A stretch of 64,000 nt of DNA from the human T2T-CHM13v2.0 reference genome, Homo sapiens (GCF_009914755.1 NC_060933.1); one strand, 5' to 3'. Numbered from the stretch's first letter, positions 33,902 to 53,845 are shown. Numbers and translations: made by a program. Notes: generated by a model from the sequence alone, not told the origin.

Positions 33902-35016
33902 TCAAGACCACCTGAGGGCTGTGTCACTCACTGGCCATGGTCACTCATATGTGGCTCAGAATAAATCTGTTAAAGGTTTATTCTCAACATATCCATCCAA
34001 AATACTCATTGCCCACATTGCGGAGATGAGCTCTTGAAACCCCTTCTTGTTCTGAGGGTTGCATGATTGGTGAATTGTTCTTTGGTCAAATAAACTCTGT
34101 TAAACTTATCTTGTCTGATATTCTTCTTTATCAGGAAGAAGCTTTGGTGTCGAGTCCAGTAGTCGGAGGCTTCCTGAGAAGTAAACTAAACAGGCCCCCA
34201 CCATTCAAGACTCACACTCTAGCAAGGTGATGGGATAGTGGGAGAAAGGGTCAGAGGATGGGGGCTGGGCCTAAGACTGGGTGTGGCTCCTCCACAGACC
34301 ACCTGGGTTTGTTTTTTTTAAACCAATTACTTCCCATGGAAGAATAACTTCTGTATTGAAGTTGTAGCGTGAACATGGGGAAGCCATCCACAGAGACTCT
34401 AAACCATCAATAAGCCCTGAGCCGGTATGGAACTTGCCCAAGCTGGTATGGAACTCCTGGGTTCAAACAATACTCCTGCCCAGGCCTCCCAAAGTGCTGG
34501 GATTACAGGCGTGAGAGCCACAGTGCCCACCCTTATAGTGTCTTTATTGACCCCCTACTCTCACCAGACTTTTGTCTAGGCAGTGGAGATACGGCAAAGG
34601 ATAGAGCAAAGGATGTATGCTGGGAGCTTATAAGACTATGATAATGTGACAGAGGGCTAGAGGAGGGATGGAGCATGCTCCCACCCTTGCCAGCCTCCTG
34701 GAACCCAGGTGAGCAGACAACACCCAGAGAGGCTCCCAGCAGGGCTGTGTGTGCTCAGTTTGTTTCTGACCCTGTCTCTGTTTGTGCTTTCCTTATTTGT
34801 TCCCCTCCTCTGGTCCTAATGCTGACCATCCAGGCAGGTGCTGGTGACTTCGGTTCTGACCGACAGCCTGGATGGACACCACACTTCCTCACGTGGAGCC
34901 TGTATCAGTTGTGGCTCTCAGTCAGAGATCTGGCCCCAGTGCCTCATCACATCCAACACAGAAGAGCTGCCTCTGTCTCAGTGAGGCCACCATCTTATCA
35001 GGATTCACATGTTAGG

Positions 35017-35689
<673 letters not shown>

Positions 35690-36229
35690 TTTAGAGCTGC
35701 CTAATCAGCACATCCATAAATCTATAGCCATGAGTGTGAGTGGGAGAACCAGCATGAACCTCAATCATATTAAGGGCCAACATGTTAATATTCACTCAAC
35801 GGGAGAACCTGAGCAGTCCTAGCTGGATGACCGCTGCCTGACCCATCTGTGTATGACACAGGCAACCACTGGGGAGACAGCATCCTTTCCTAAAGGTGGA
35901 TCTTCAAGCTCACCCACCTAGAGGTTAAGCCAATCAAATAATTATCCATGTACTTGGGGTATATATTGGATACTGAATACTTTTCGCTGTGTTGAATAAT
36001 TCTATAATAAATATACTAATTTGAAAAGGATCCCTAGGGTCAGTTTCCAATTATTACATCAATGCCAGTGGGGTGAACATATCAAGGTTCACCGTAGATA
36101 TAACCACCCCTCATGCCTTTGGTATCTCTTCCTTCTTCCACTCCAAATCACAAGCATATTCATCCTTGGGGCAGAAATCCTCCCAAGTAGGAGCCCAGGA
36201 ACCCAGAGTTAAAAGACATATACATCTAG

Positions 36230-39191
<2,962 letters not shown>

Positions 39192-40384
39192 TTAAACACA
39201 CAAATGAAAGTGAGTAATTTCTCAACACTTGGTAACTTGTAAGTACAGCGATACACTTTTATATCTCAGTTTTGAAATTAGCTCTCTAGTTGGCCTGTGA
39301 ACGTCCCATGCCTGCCAAGTGTGTCATCTGAGACAAGCACTTCAATTTGTTTGAGCAGGCATCTATCAATCTTATTTGTTAGAAAAGGTGCCAGTGAAAC
39401 CCCAAAGAGTATTGCTAACTAATAACTGTGCTGCAGTTTAGAGTGTTCAAGGTGCTTTCCAGTAACATGTTCTGGAATTTGATCTGACAACGCTTTGGGA
39501 GGCGGTTTATTACGATGAGGCTGCGCTGTCGCACTCGAGGAACCAGGTCAGTGACCTGCTCCAGGACACGGGACTGGCGGGGAGGGGAGAGCGCCTGGAC
39601 TCAGCCTCCAAGTCTCGCACTCGACTCTGCAGGAGTAAAAACTATTCTTGATCCTACCTCTCTCCCTTCTGCAAACAAGCAACAAAATGCTGAAAAGGCA
39701 TCTTAACTGAAACGGAAGTCAAATGAATTCGCGTGCGATCATGGGAATTTTTGGCTCCTAACCTTGCGAGTAGAGCTGGGTGAGTTCCATTTGTGGTGGG
39801 GGAGTGGAAACAGGTTTCTGGGCTTGCAGAAGCCACATCCCGTCCCCACACAACCTAGGACAGGCCAGGTACTTGTAGGTGAGGCTCCGGGGCTCCAGCT
39901 AACCTGAGCTACCTGGGCTGGGCTTTGTGCGGGGAGGCAGCAAGCGGGGTGAGCCGGCGACGACGCCGGCCTCTACGCAGTGCGGTGGTGAAGACGTCTC
40001 TTCCAGGGAGTCACAGGAAGCAAATCCATCCTTTTAAAGGGCTCGCGTCCCGCGGCCCTGAACCGGCGCGCTGGAGCAGTAATGCGACGTTCTCCGAGGT
40101 TCAAGGCTCACGGCCCAGCCCTGTGATCCAGTTTCCTCAGTCTTCGCGGTGTGCACCACTCAGGACGACTTGCGGCTTACGTCCAGGACAAAGGGGGCTT
40201 GTCCTTTCTTCAACGTCCTACTGCGCAAAAACGAAGCCCTTCTCAGGCTGCCTGCCTTCCAGGAAAAGCTGCGCCCCCTCAGGAACCTGTGCCCCGCGCG
40301 CCTGCCGCCGCCCATTCCCGGCGCGCACCTGGCAGTCCCGGGCTCGAGCCCCGCCCTGCCGCCAGCCAGGTGAGAGGGGCCAGG

Positions 40385-40497
40385 CCCCGCCCTCGCCGGC
40401 CCCGCCCCGCCCCACTGCGCCTGCGCAGTCGGCCGTCGGCGCCAGGCGCCGGGGCGGCGCGGCCGTCGCAGTTCGGCGGGCGCAGTGCGCGTGCGCC
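40385..40497 (+). promoter_or_regulatory. Core promoter motifs: GC boxes (40385-40413), NRF1 motif TGCGCCTGCGCA (40416-40427), second NRF1-like TGCGCGTGCGCC (40486-40497)
   Basis: Matches to Sp/KLF and NRF1 consensus; no TATA box seen. Confidence 0.7.
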
Positions 40498-40499
40498 CT

Positions 40500-40641
40500 G
40501 ACTGTTGGGGGGCGGGCGGCGTCCGCGGCGAGGGAGCGGGGGCGGGGAGGCGCCGTCTGGCTCAGGCTGGGGCCGGCGGGAGCGCGAACGAGCGACGGCG
40601 GAACCCGTGGGCCTGTGGACTGCAGCCTCGGCGGTCAGCAG
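40500..40641 (+). other. Probable non-coding first exon (start approximate) ending at donor CAG|GTGAGG
   Basis: Strong 5' splice site just downstream of the NRF1/GC-box cluster; no ATG in the segment; alternative donor CAG|GTGAGC at 40728/40729. Confidence 0.55.
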
Positions 40642-40911
40642 GTGAGGCCCGCGCAGGGCGGGCGTGGGTCGTGAGGGAGTGCGGGCTGCGGGCGGGCCAG
40701 CGGTGCGGCGGTCTGCCCGGGGGCGCAGGTGAGCGCGGCCCGCGCGGGGCCCGGCGGAGCATTGTCCAGCGGGCGGCGCCCGCATAGCGCCCCCTGCCGG
40801 CTGGGCCGCGGCGGGGACCCGGGCTGGGCGGGCCTGGGCCTCGGGGCGGGCGCGCGCTCCTTTGTTCGCCGGCCCCTACTCCTCCGTGCCCCCATCCCCG
40901 CCGCCCCCCGC

Positions 40912-40924
40912 CAACATGGCCGCC
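40912..40924 (+). promoter_or_regulatory. YY1-like motif CAACATGGCCGCC
   Basis: Matches AANATGGCNGC, downstream of the presumed TSS. Confidence 0.45.
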
Positions 40925-43900
40925 ACCCTCTCGTCCCCAGTTCCCCGGCCGCCGCCGGCCCCTTAGCGCGCGCTTTGTTTGGAGCCGGGCGGGGAGGCCG
41001 GCGGGCAGGGGGCGGCGGCGCTGCGCAGTCGGGCGCGGGGAGGGGGCGCTGCGCCAGAATGCAGGCGGGGAGGGGGAACGTTGCATAATCCCGGGCCGGC
41101 GACGGGGGCGGGGCGGGGGGAGGGGCGGGACCCCGGCGCGACGGGTCGGGTCACCCCGGGGACGCGGGCCTGCCCTGGGGCCACCCCTCCCAGGCCCGGG
41201 GGATGGCCGCGGACCTTGTAAGTTGCAGGCTCCGCGGTTCGCGGCGCCGGAACGCCCACCGGCCAGTCCTCGCGCCCGCGCAGCCCCTTTCCTGATGCGC
41301 CGTCTCTTCGCCGCCCTCCGTGGGGGCGCGGCGAACGGGTTGCGTGCTCTGGAGAGAGACAGGCACTTTTCCTCTCCATCGTGAGTGACCTTGGGTGTAT
41401 TCGTCAAGGAATGTGTTGAAACGAATTGTGCGATGCGGGAACTGCGCAGCGCCTCGGGTTTGGCTTTCTCGAGCATTTTATTGCATTGATTGTGCGTTCT
41501 CGATTTTACAGAGGTTCGTTTTGAGTAATGGCTTCAGTAATGTCATCGTATACGCATTTCAAAGTTTGTTTATGGAATTGTTTTTACATTTATTCTCTTT
41601 TTACTTATAATTTTTGAATCAGATTTTGTGTTTTGGAGAGATTTTCCGTACGTGGTGGAAGTGTTTTCACTCATGGTAAATATGGATTGTTTGGCAATTT
41701 TATCACGTTAATCACAAAACAATACCAGGAACATTTAAATGTCTTAAAGGATTTCACTCTACATGACTTGTGCCAGAGACGACACACGTACCAAAACGCG
41801 ATTACCTGTCTTAACTTTTTTTCTATTGGAATTTTCTGGAAGGAATTCCATGCAATCCGAAAGGATTAATGGAGGGTACAGTAATTGCTTTCTACATCGC
41901 TTTTGTTAAGCAGTGAAAATTAAACTTGGAGATTTATACCTGGATATACTGAGTTTTTTTTAACACTCTTTTGAAGTGAAATTTTGGAAAGGGCAGGTGA
42001 AATGAGGCTTCTTCCAACCTCCCCACTCTCCCCCCTCAGCTTTAGTTAAAAGGCAAACACCAAAATATTGTAGTACCTGGTAATTTACAGAACGTTCGTT
42101 ATCAGATTTGATAATTATATATTAAGGTTGTAAAGAATGTGTATGCCAGAATTATAGGTAGTAGATCCTAGATTCTTAGGAAAAATAGTTTCTTTATAAT
42201 CTTTTGAGTAGTGAAATGGTTACTTTTACAATGGTTATGAACTGGGTCAAGGCAAAAGGGCCACTATATGTCTTCAGTCATCTTTCTATGCCTGAAATCC
42301 AGGAAACAGTGAAAATGGATGTTCCCTGGAACAGCCATTGCGATGCCATATGTTGGTCATTGGTGTCCTTAAAGTGTATCTCAGATAATTGTGTGTCTCC
42401 CTTACTTGTGAACTGAGGGGTCACAATATTGATGTGCCTGATGTGTGCCCCTCTGCATTTCGTGGGTAGTGTCTCAAATTTGGCTATCATATTGATGAGA
42501 GTTACTAATTTGGTTTTAGCTGCCAGAGGTTTAGGTGGTTTTCACTTCCAGTGACTTACCTGATTGCACATAGTTACAACGTTACTGGTTGCACTCCTTC
42601 ATTGCTAGCATCTTTTTTCTAGTATATTCGATATACATTCTTTTGGTTTATCCTTTAAAATATTTGCTGAGATAGCATTTAAATGTTAATGCTGTATTTA
42701 TATTTGTTGGATGCTTAATTCAATGTGTCTTCTTTCCCTTTCCATGAATGAAAAGAAATTGGAAGAAGAGAATCAACTATTTCGTGCAAGTATTTTGTTC
42801 AGTTTAGAAGATGTTATGGTATTGTGAAAACAATATTCTGGAGTTAGACATGGAATCACAATGGCCTTCCAAGTCAGAACAGTCTGGGTTGAAATTGACT
42901 CCTTACTGGTCCAAAGCCACATAACTGATTCATCATGCAGCCTTTTTTTAAAAAAAGTTTTTTTTTAAAGCTACTCAAATATGTCAGTTTTATTTTCTCT
43001 GTACACACATTTGTTACTGAAAATTGCAAAAACAGCACATTGAAGGTCCTCTTATTGGAGTTCACATTTTTGAAAACCAGAAAATTTAATAATTATGCTC
43101 TTGCCAAACTACCCACTGTTTTCTTTATATTCTTGCCCCACAAGTTGCTTTACTTGAACTCTTGGGTTGGGCTTCATCTCACTGACTTCAGGCTTCTAAC
43201 ACACATAGGACACTTAGGACCTACTGGCTCTTTGGGTCACATCAGGGAGGAGAGCTGAAGTATGTTGAAGTTACTCAAATACATTCAAGCTACATAGATC
43301 TCTGATAAATTATTGGTGGTATGGTAGAAATGAAAATATACCCAAAAAAATCACAGAACTGTTTATTAAAATTATTGGTATACAGGCTCTTCTAACATAG
43401 ATTAGCTTTCTCAACCTAATACATAAAATTACCAGCAAGAAAAAAAAAGTACAAGAATGACAGTTTATGGTTGAATTGGCTTGGTGTCATGATTCCCTGT
43501 TGTAGCATTCTCAGGCTATCTATGATAACAGAAACTGCAGCCACATTTGAATGGTTCCCTTCTTGATTCATTCTGAACTCTCCCTTTGGCCCAGTGTCTA
43601 CTAGTTTTTCAAGCCAAGAACATCTGTTGAGTAACAGGTATCTCAATTTTGCCATACTTCCTTTCTGCATAGGTAGCAGCGTTCTTACTTCTACTCCTGA
43701 GGCAAGCCATCTCTGATGTCCTGGAAGGTCGTTTCTCTTCTATCCAGTTGTTGGGATGAATCTTCTGGTAGAAGGGAAGGGAATTTGGTACTAGGGTTGA
43801 AAGTCACGCTACTGAAGTTCTTTATTGACATCTCTGAGCAGAAGAGAGGCCCGAGTCGTCCTGGGGATTTTCTTCACTGAGCATTTGTGAAGATTCTGGG

Positions 43901-44424
43901 GTCAAGGTTGGGTTAAACTTTTGTGGTGGGTCCATCCGCGGTCTAGTCAACAGTACTAAGCTCTTCCTGCATCTTTGGGACCCAGCGGGAAGTGATGCCA
44001 GCTCTCAAATTGCTACAAGGTATCCTGGAAAGAAATCTATGACCCAGAAAGAGCCTGAAAACCCAAACTCCAGCAAATATTGGTGAAAGAGCCAACCCGC
44101 AAAGCCTTTTAAAACCTTGAATTCCTTACCTATAAACTGGGATAAAACCTATGGTGTAAGTCTGTTCTGAGAATTACATGAAATGGATTTATAGAGTTCT
44201 CAGTACAGTTCCTGAAATACAGCAGCTGACGCCAGTAGATGTTGATTTCCTTCTCCTTTCTACTTTTGAACTTAGCTGTAGTTATTAGCATTTTTTTAAT
44301 GTTGAGGTAAACAGTTTCCTTAGTTGTGCATCAGTATTCAGTCCAATTTAATGTTAAATTATGTTTTTACTGGGAGCCTGTTCATGACCTTAAAATTGCC
44401 GTAAACCCTTTATAGAACAAGTCG

Positions 44425-45210
44425 TGTTTGGCTAAATATATAAACACAGATGTATCCTTACAGACTTTATAGTCTGATAGAGGAGATACACATGCATATA
44501 ATGAGGGAATTCTGTGCTGAAGGTATCTGGGAAGAGAAGGTGATTCCATAGATTATCAGAATGGGAGAAGAAAGACATCTGGATGGAGGGGAAAGCAGGA
44601 ACAGAGGCATGAGAGGAGTTAAAGAGGCCATCGGGGATTTCAATCCCAGCCAAAAGTTAGCCCCTTGTTACCTGTCTCCTCTCCTCTCCTCTCTTCTCCT
44701 TCCTTCCCTCCTTCCTTCCTTCTTTCCTTCCTTCCTTCCTTCCTCCCTCTTTTTCTACCTATCTACCTAGCTACTATTTTCTATCTATCCTCCTTTGTGA
44801 GTGTGTTTATGTATAGCAGGGGACGAGAACACCTACCTCATCAGGGGTGAGCTTAAATGAAGTAAAATGTTTCATAGGCTCCTGGTGTACAGTAAATGCC
44901 CAGTTGATATTGATGATGATGTCACCACTGCCTACACCACCTGTAGTTTCTTTCCTATGGCTGATCTGTCTAGGGATGAATTTGGGGGCCACCTTTTAAA
45001 TTCTGCATGTAACATTAAGGTGGTTGGTGTTGAATTTGTAGGCAGAGGGAAACCATTGAAAGCAGGGGCAGGATTGGACCTGTGTTTTAGAACAGTATGA
45101 AAGGTGAGTTGGAGGAACCTGCCCATGTAGGATCTTTAATCTCCAGAGTCTAGCCTGTTAGAGAAGCTGGTGAAGTCATTTAAGGCATGGGGTATTGGTC
45201 TGAACTCAGA
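44425..45210. mobile_element. L2-like remnants around a (CCTT)n/CT-rich tract (44676-44756) and a MIR-like piece
   Basis: Highly decayed L2/MIR phrases; the simple repeat is directly visible. Confidence 0.45.
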
Positions 45211-45546
45211 ATATTTAATGTTATGTTAAATGTGCTTTTTTTTTTTTTTTTCCTGAAGGGAGGGGAGGAGGAAGAATTTACTCAATGTAAATATTATTTT
45301 ATCCAAATGGTGAGAGAATACATGAAAAGACTAGTAAGGCATCTTTTTACCATTTGAGATGTTATAGTAGCGTGTTAACAAAATAGGCAATTTTTTTTTT
45401 AAAACTAGGTTATATTTCTTTGTAGTTGTTTATGCTTGGGCCTGTCTGCAAATGATTTAACAAATCATATCATATATTTGAATTACTGTTGCTTAACCTG
45501 ACACAGGCAATAAGGAGAGAAAAGAATGTCCTTTTTCTTGCTTTTG

Positions 45547-45577
<31 letters not shown>

Positions 45578-45966
45578 GAGACGGAGTCTCCCTCTGTCAC
45601 CAGGCTGGAGTGCAGTGGCGCAGTCTCAGCTGACTGCACCCTCCACCTCCCGGGAGTCAAGCGATTCTCCTGCCTCAGCCTCCCGAATAGCTGGGTCTAC
45701 AGGCATGTGCCACCACACCTAGCTAATTTTTGTATTTTTAGTAGAGACGGGGGTTTCATCATGTTGGCCAGGATGGTCTCGATCTCTTGACATTGTGATC
45801 TGCCCGCCTCGGCCTCCCAGAGTGTTGGGATTACAGGCGTCAGCCATCTCTCCAGAGCTGATTTTTTTTGGAGGGAGGGGTTTGAATTACTTTTTTCTTT
45901 CTCTCTTTAGCATCATTGTAGACCCATGGATTTTTATGTATCCAATGTGTGTTTTTGGTTTTTTAA

Positions 45967-46131
<165 letters not shown>

Positions 46132-46796
46132 TAGTAGAGATGGGGTTTTACCTTGTTGGTCCAGCTGGTCTCAAACTCCCAAGCTCAAGTGATCCTCTCA
46201 CCTCAGCCTCCCAAAGTGCTGGGATTACAGGTGTGAGCCACCATGTGTGGCTTTATCCAGTGTTTTAATCAAATACTCACTGTTTTTCCTTAGCTTTTCA
46301 CAACTTGGACATGTTGAGGTCCTTTCAACCTGGTTCTCTTTCCTTTGACATGACACGTAATCTCTGAAGCTTTTCTTGCTTTCTGACACAAGATGTCTAA
46401 GGTTCACTTTGTGCTTTTCCTGCCAAATACCTATCAACCGAGTCTTTCAGCTTGCTTTATTGAGGATTAGAATTTAGATACAGAAATCTGGGTGTTATAT
46501 GTTCTTACTGTTAGAATGCCCATGCTTTTATTGGACAGCCATGGGAAGCATACAGATTTTGATTTTTATATTGGTATTTCCAGTTCGAATTTAACATCAC
46601 AGAGTTTTTACTATGAGCTTATCCTTTTTTCTCTAACGTTGAAAATTTACATTCTTAGCAACATTAATATAATTGCATTATCTTACAGTATAAATGTAGT
46701 TTGAAAATAACACTAATAAGCAACTGTAGCTTTATGTTTGGTTATGGTTTTTTCCTTAAAATATATCCACATAAGCATGTACAGTTGACATTCTAA

Positions 46797-47117
<321 letters not shown>

Positions 47118-47933
47118 TAGCCAAGATGGTCTCGATCTCCTGACCTCGTGATCTGTCCGCCTCGGCCTGCCAAAGTGCTGGGATTACAGGCGTGAGCCAC
47201 CGCGCCTGGCCTATTTAATGTATTTTTTAACATGTAGAACATTTATGTGAACATTTATGTAGTTAAAAAATCTGATCTGTGTTAAAAAGTTATGTTCACA
47301 GCTTCACTTTAATTCTGTTCCTCCACGAATTTCTCTCTTGCCCCAGTTGTTTTTGCTTTGTTTTTCTGATATTTCATTTTTGCAAATGTAAGCATATGTG
47401 TATATTTTTGTTTCCCTTTCCTACACAATAGGCAGCGTTCTATGCACACTGCTCTGCCGTTCTATGCACACTGCTCCCTTTTACTTAATTTATTCTGGAG
47501 AGCGCTTCATTGAAGTGCGTGCTTGCAACTCATCTCCTAATGATGAACATTTGGGTTGTTTATATTCTCTTGGCTGTTATAAATATTGCGGCAATGAATA
47601 ACCTTGTGGGTATATTGTTTTTTATTTGTGCAGATACAGCTTTAAGATAGATGTGGGGTGAAAGGTAAACACATTTGTAGTTTTGTTAGTGTCAAAATGT
47701 TACATTTTCTTTTTAAAACTTTTTAATTTTTTGTAGAGATGAGGTCTCACAGTGTTGCCCAGGATGATCTTGAACTCCTGACCCCAAGCAGTTCTTTTAC
47801 CTGGGCTTCCCAAAAAACTTGGGATTACAGGCGTCAGGCATCAATACAGCCTAAAAAAATTACATTTTCAGGCTCAGTGTGATGGCTCACACCTGTAATC
47901 CCAGCACTTTGGGAGGCTGAGGTGGGCCGATCA

Positions 47934-48185
<252 letters not shown>

Positions 48186-48486
48186 CTACTAAGAATACAA
48201 AAATTGGCCAGGCATGGTGGCCTGCGCCTGTAATCCCAGCTACTCCTCATGAGAGTCACTTGAACTTGGGAGGTGGAGGTTGCAGTGAGCTGAGATCGCG
48301 CCATTGCACTTCAGCCTGGGTGACAGAGTGAGACTCCATCTCAAAAAAAAAAAAATTACATTTTTAAAAGGCAGATCTGACCATGTCAGCTTTTTACTTA
48401 AAACTCTAAATGGTGGCCAGGTGGGTGCGGTGGCTCACACCTGTACTGTACTCCCAGCACTTTGGGAGGCTGAGGTGGGCGGATTA

Positions 48487-48746
<260 letters not shown>

Positions 48747-48804
48747 TTAAGGACAAAAGTTTATAATGTAGCCTCAAGGGTACACATATAGTTGGTGTAC
48801 ATAT

Positions 48805-49423
48805 AGCTTTACATCCCTTAACAATGGGATACATTCAGAGAACCTCGTTGTGTACCTCATAGAGTATACTTACACAAACCTATATGGGACAACCTACTAG
48901 GCACCTAGGCTATGTAATATGGCTTAATGCTCCTAGGCTACAAACCTGTACAGCATATGACTGAACTGAATACTGTAGACTATTGGAACACAGTGCTGTG
49001 TAGGTATTTATTTATCTAAACATATCTAAGGACAGAGAAAGTACAGTAGAAATGTGGTATAAAAGAGAAATGGCATGCCTGTGTAGGGCACTGAACCATG
49101 AATGGAGCTGTCAGGACTGGAAGTTGCTCTGGGTTGAGTCTGTGAGTGAGTGGTGAGTGAATGTGAAGGCCTAGAACATTACTGTACACTACCGTAGACT
49201 GTATGTAAACACTACAGTTAGGCTACACTAAATTTATAAAAAGTTTCTTCAGTAATTTACCTTAGCTTACTGTAATTTTTTTAACTTAATAAGCTTTTTA
49301 ACTTTTTTTTAAACTTTCTGTCTTTTTAAATAACACGTAGCTTAAAACAGCCTCATAATATGGATCCACTGTAGTATATGTGGTCTGTTGTGTTGACAGA
49401 AATGTCATTAGGTGGTGCATGAC
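48805..49423 (+). mobile_element. Tigger3-derived (TcMar-Tigger) non-autonomous element, copy 1
   Basis: ctcctaggctacaaacctgtacagcat...gtgagtgaatgtgaaggcctag...gcatgact end; homologous to 55991-58351. Confidence 0.85.
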
Positions 49424-49729
49424 TAATTACTTTTGGGCCTCAGCCTCATCTTGTACTGTTTTTCCCCTTGCTTTCCTTTGCTCCAGTTGTGTGGGGCCTC
49501 CTTCATTCTCCTGTGCTCACCATATTCTCCACCAGGAATCTTGGCACTTGTTCTTTTCCTCTGCCTGGAATGCCTTTCTTTGTTAACAGTTATTCCTGGT
49601 CTTTAGAGTTTGGCTCAAGCATCACTTTTAATGAAATTTTCTGTGTGCGTGCTTGCACATTTTCATAAGATAAAGAGATTGGACTGTACTGATATTCATC
49701 ACCGACTCCAACAAGCATCAGTTGTCTGA

Positions 49730-49906
<177 letters not shown>

Positions 49907-50667
49907 TAGTAGAGACAGGGTTTCACCTTGTTGGCCAGACTGGTCGCCATCTCCTGACCTCAAGTGATCTGCCCTCCTCTGCCTCCCAAAGTGCTGAGAT
50001 TACAGGTGTGAGCCACCGTGCCCAGCCTGAAGTTGTTTTTTTGAGACGAGGTCTCACTCCAGTTGCCTAGGCTGTAGTGCAGTGGCACAGTTTTGGCTCA
50101 TTGCAGCCTCGACCTTCCCGGACTCAGGTGATCTTCCCATCTCAGCCTCCCGCGTAGCTGAGACTACAGGCATGTGCCACCATGCCTGGCTAGTTTATTT
50201 TTGTATTTTTAGTAGAGACGGGATTTTGCCTTGTTGCCCAGGCTGGTCTCGAGCTCCTGAACTCAAGCAGTGTACCTGCCTCAGCCTCCCAAAGTGCTGC
50301 CTCAGCCTCCCACCTGTGCCACTGCACTACAGGCATGAGTCACCGTGCCTGGCTGTCTGAAGTTCTTGAATTTTTTTGACTTTTCTGCAGTCAAGTCCTC
50401 TTGGTGCTTATCAGAATTACAATGTTATATTAGTTTATGTGATTTAATTAATTTTAGTTTTCCCACAAAGGCTGAGTTTCATGAAAGCAGAACCATTCCT
50501 GTTTTTGCCTGTAATTACTTTTCTGGTATCTAGCTCAGTGTCTGAATTGTGAGGGCTCAAGCTACCCTGTGCAGTAGCGAGAATTAAATAATAAGAAAAT
50601 TGAGGGTGTCTGGTTGGTTAAATGTCTTGTCTGCACAGGTGTTTGTCATACAGTGATTATTAAGTAA

Positions 50668-51910
<1,243 letters not shown>

Positions 51911-51994
51911 TACAAAGCAGAATGATCAGCTCAGGCTTTTAAATTTTTAGCTCAGGCTACACGTAAGGGACCCGAAGGTTTCTGTGACTGCTCT

Positions 51995-52575
51995 AAAAAT
52001 GCAAATGTAATTCCTAATTTGTGGGTGAGATCATTGATTGGTAGGAATGGAATCCTGAAAATTGGATTGGAGGCATATGGTCAGATTCTGTTTAAGCTGG
52101 AGTCCTTAAATCCTTAAATGCTGCTCTGCTGCCTTTCCCGGAGAAGCAGCCTTTCCAACCCTTCCCAGAGGAACTTAATCTCCGTTTGCCTGAAAAACCT
52201 GTAATTGGCCTCCCTTTGGGTAGTTGCCCAGCACGGTACTGTCTTCCTCAGAATCTGCCCTGTAATCCTTCTTTCTTGTAGATCTGTGGCTGGACTGTAG
52301 TTGCAGCAGGCCCCAGAGAGTGAGGTGACCCATGAGAAAGGTATGCTGCACTCTAAAAGATTGTATAGTTTTGCCACTGTATAGTCAGGAGCCTGGAGGA
52401 GTATTTGATTTGTGGCAATGGATCTTAGGGGTATAGTATAACAGTGGAAGGAACATAAAGTTGAATCAGGCAGAATTTATTGATGTGGGCTCACTAAGCA
52501 GAGATTCTGGGTTCAGTGTTATAGTTCAAGGAGATAGAAAGGACTCTTAACAGTTGGGTTAATTGACTGAGGCCC
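51995..52575 (+). mobile_element. ERV-L internal (gag) remnant
   Basis: Manual translation gives VRSLIG..EWNPENW..IW and WILGV*YNSGRNIKLNQAEFIDVGSLSRDSGF, matching HERV-L gag motifs (VRALIGKEWDP, WILRVWDNGGRNIELDQAEFIDMGPLSRDS); stops and frameshifts present. Confidence 0.8.
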
Positions 52576-52645
52576 ATCCACAAGGCCTGATGCCTCGGTT
52601 AGATTTTTTCTGGCCTAACAAGGAACTCCACTGACCATTCACTCA

Positions 52646-53109
<464 letters not shown>

Positions 53110-53478
53110 CTAATAAAATATTAGTTCATAAGGAAAGGTTCACCTAAATGCATAGCCCTTAAATAACTTGCATTGTTGGTGGAACTGTACTTTGCTAGGA
53201 CCTTTTTGGAGGATGGCTGCACTAAAACAGAATTTAAAATGCATGTGCTCTGTTGATCCAGCAGTTTCACTGCTAGGATTTTATTGTATAGATGAATTTG
53301 GACAGTATACAAATACGTTATGTTTAAGGTTTTTCATTATATCAGTGTTTGTGATCGAGAAAAATTAGAAACAACTGTCCAATAATGGAGTTAAGGTAGA
53401 GTAAATGACCATTATACCCATACACTGGAATATTGTGCCACTGTTAATAATAAGAGGTTGATAGGAAAAAAAATTCAT

Positions 53479-53845
53479 ACAGCCATCCCTCCATATCAGG
53501 GAATTGGTTCCAGGACCCACACTCCGCCTGCCTCCCCGCCTGCACCCCACCCCATGGATACCAAAATCCATGGATGCTCAAGTTTCTTATATAAAATGGT
53601 GTAGTATTTGCATATAATCTATGCATATCTTTCTGTATACTTTAATCTCTAAATTACTCCTAGTATGTAATACAGTGTAAATGCTATACAAATAGTTATA
53701 CTGTATTGTTGAGGGAATAACTACAAGGAAAAAACTTTATGTGTTTGGTACAGATGAAACCATCATTTCCCAAATGTTGAAAATCTGAGGTTAGTTGAAT
53801 CCACAGATGTGGAGCTGAAGGGATAAGAGGCCAAGGGCCAACTAT
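53479..53845 (+). mobile_element. MER2 (TcMar-Tigger) element
   Basis: ttggttccaggacc...ggataccaaaatccatggatgctcaagt...ataaaatggtgtagtatttgcatataa; TA-flanked. Confidence 0.82.

Larger units (their letters stand above)
32336..34130 (+). mobile_element. Nested MER4-group LTRs: outer LTR (~32336-32620, ~33970-34130) and MER4E-like LTR (~32622-33295 + 33902-33970)
   Basis: MER4-type phrases aagctgtgccccgaccaccttgggcacatgttctcag...gagggctgtgtcac...ggccatggtcactcatat.tggctcagaataaatct. Confidence 0.65.
39900..41460. promoter_or_regulatory. CpG island promoter of an unidentified gene
   Basis: ~1.5 kb of very high GC and CpG density in an otherwise CpG-depleted window; repeat-free. Confidence 0.95.

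Noticed and set aside
40500-40641. Assigning a gene symbol to the CpG-island gene
   Set aside because: I do not recognise the 5' exon with confidence; an alignment search is needed.
39925-41476. Long ORFs in the CpG island (249 aa +, 304 aa -, 168 aa -)
   Set aside because: Low-complexity Arg/Gly/Pro/Ala translations in overlapping frames, expected from stop-poor GC-rich DNA; no recognisable domain.
41914-41996. Possible cassette exon (ttaagcag|...gggcag|gtgaaa)
   Set aside because: Weak donor and no independent support from sequence alone.
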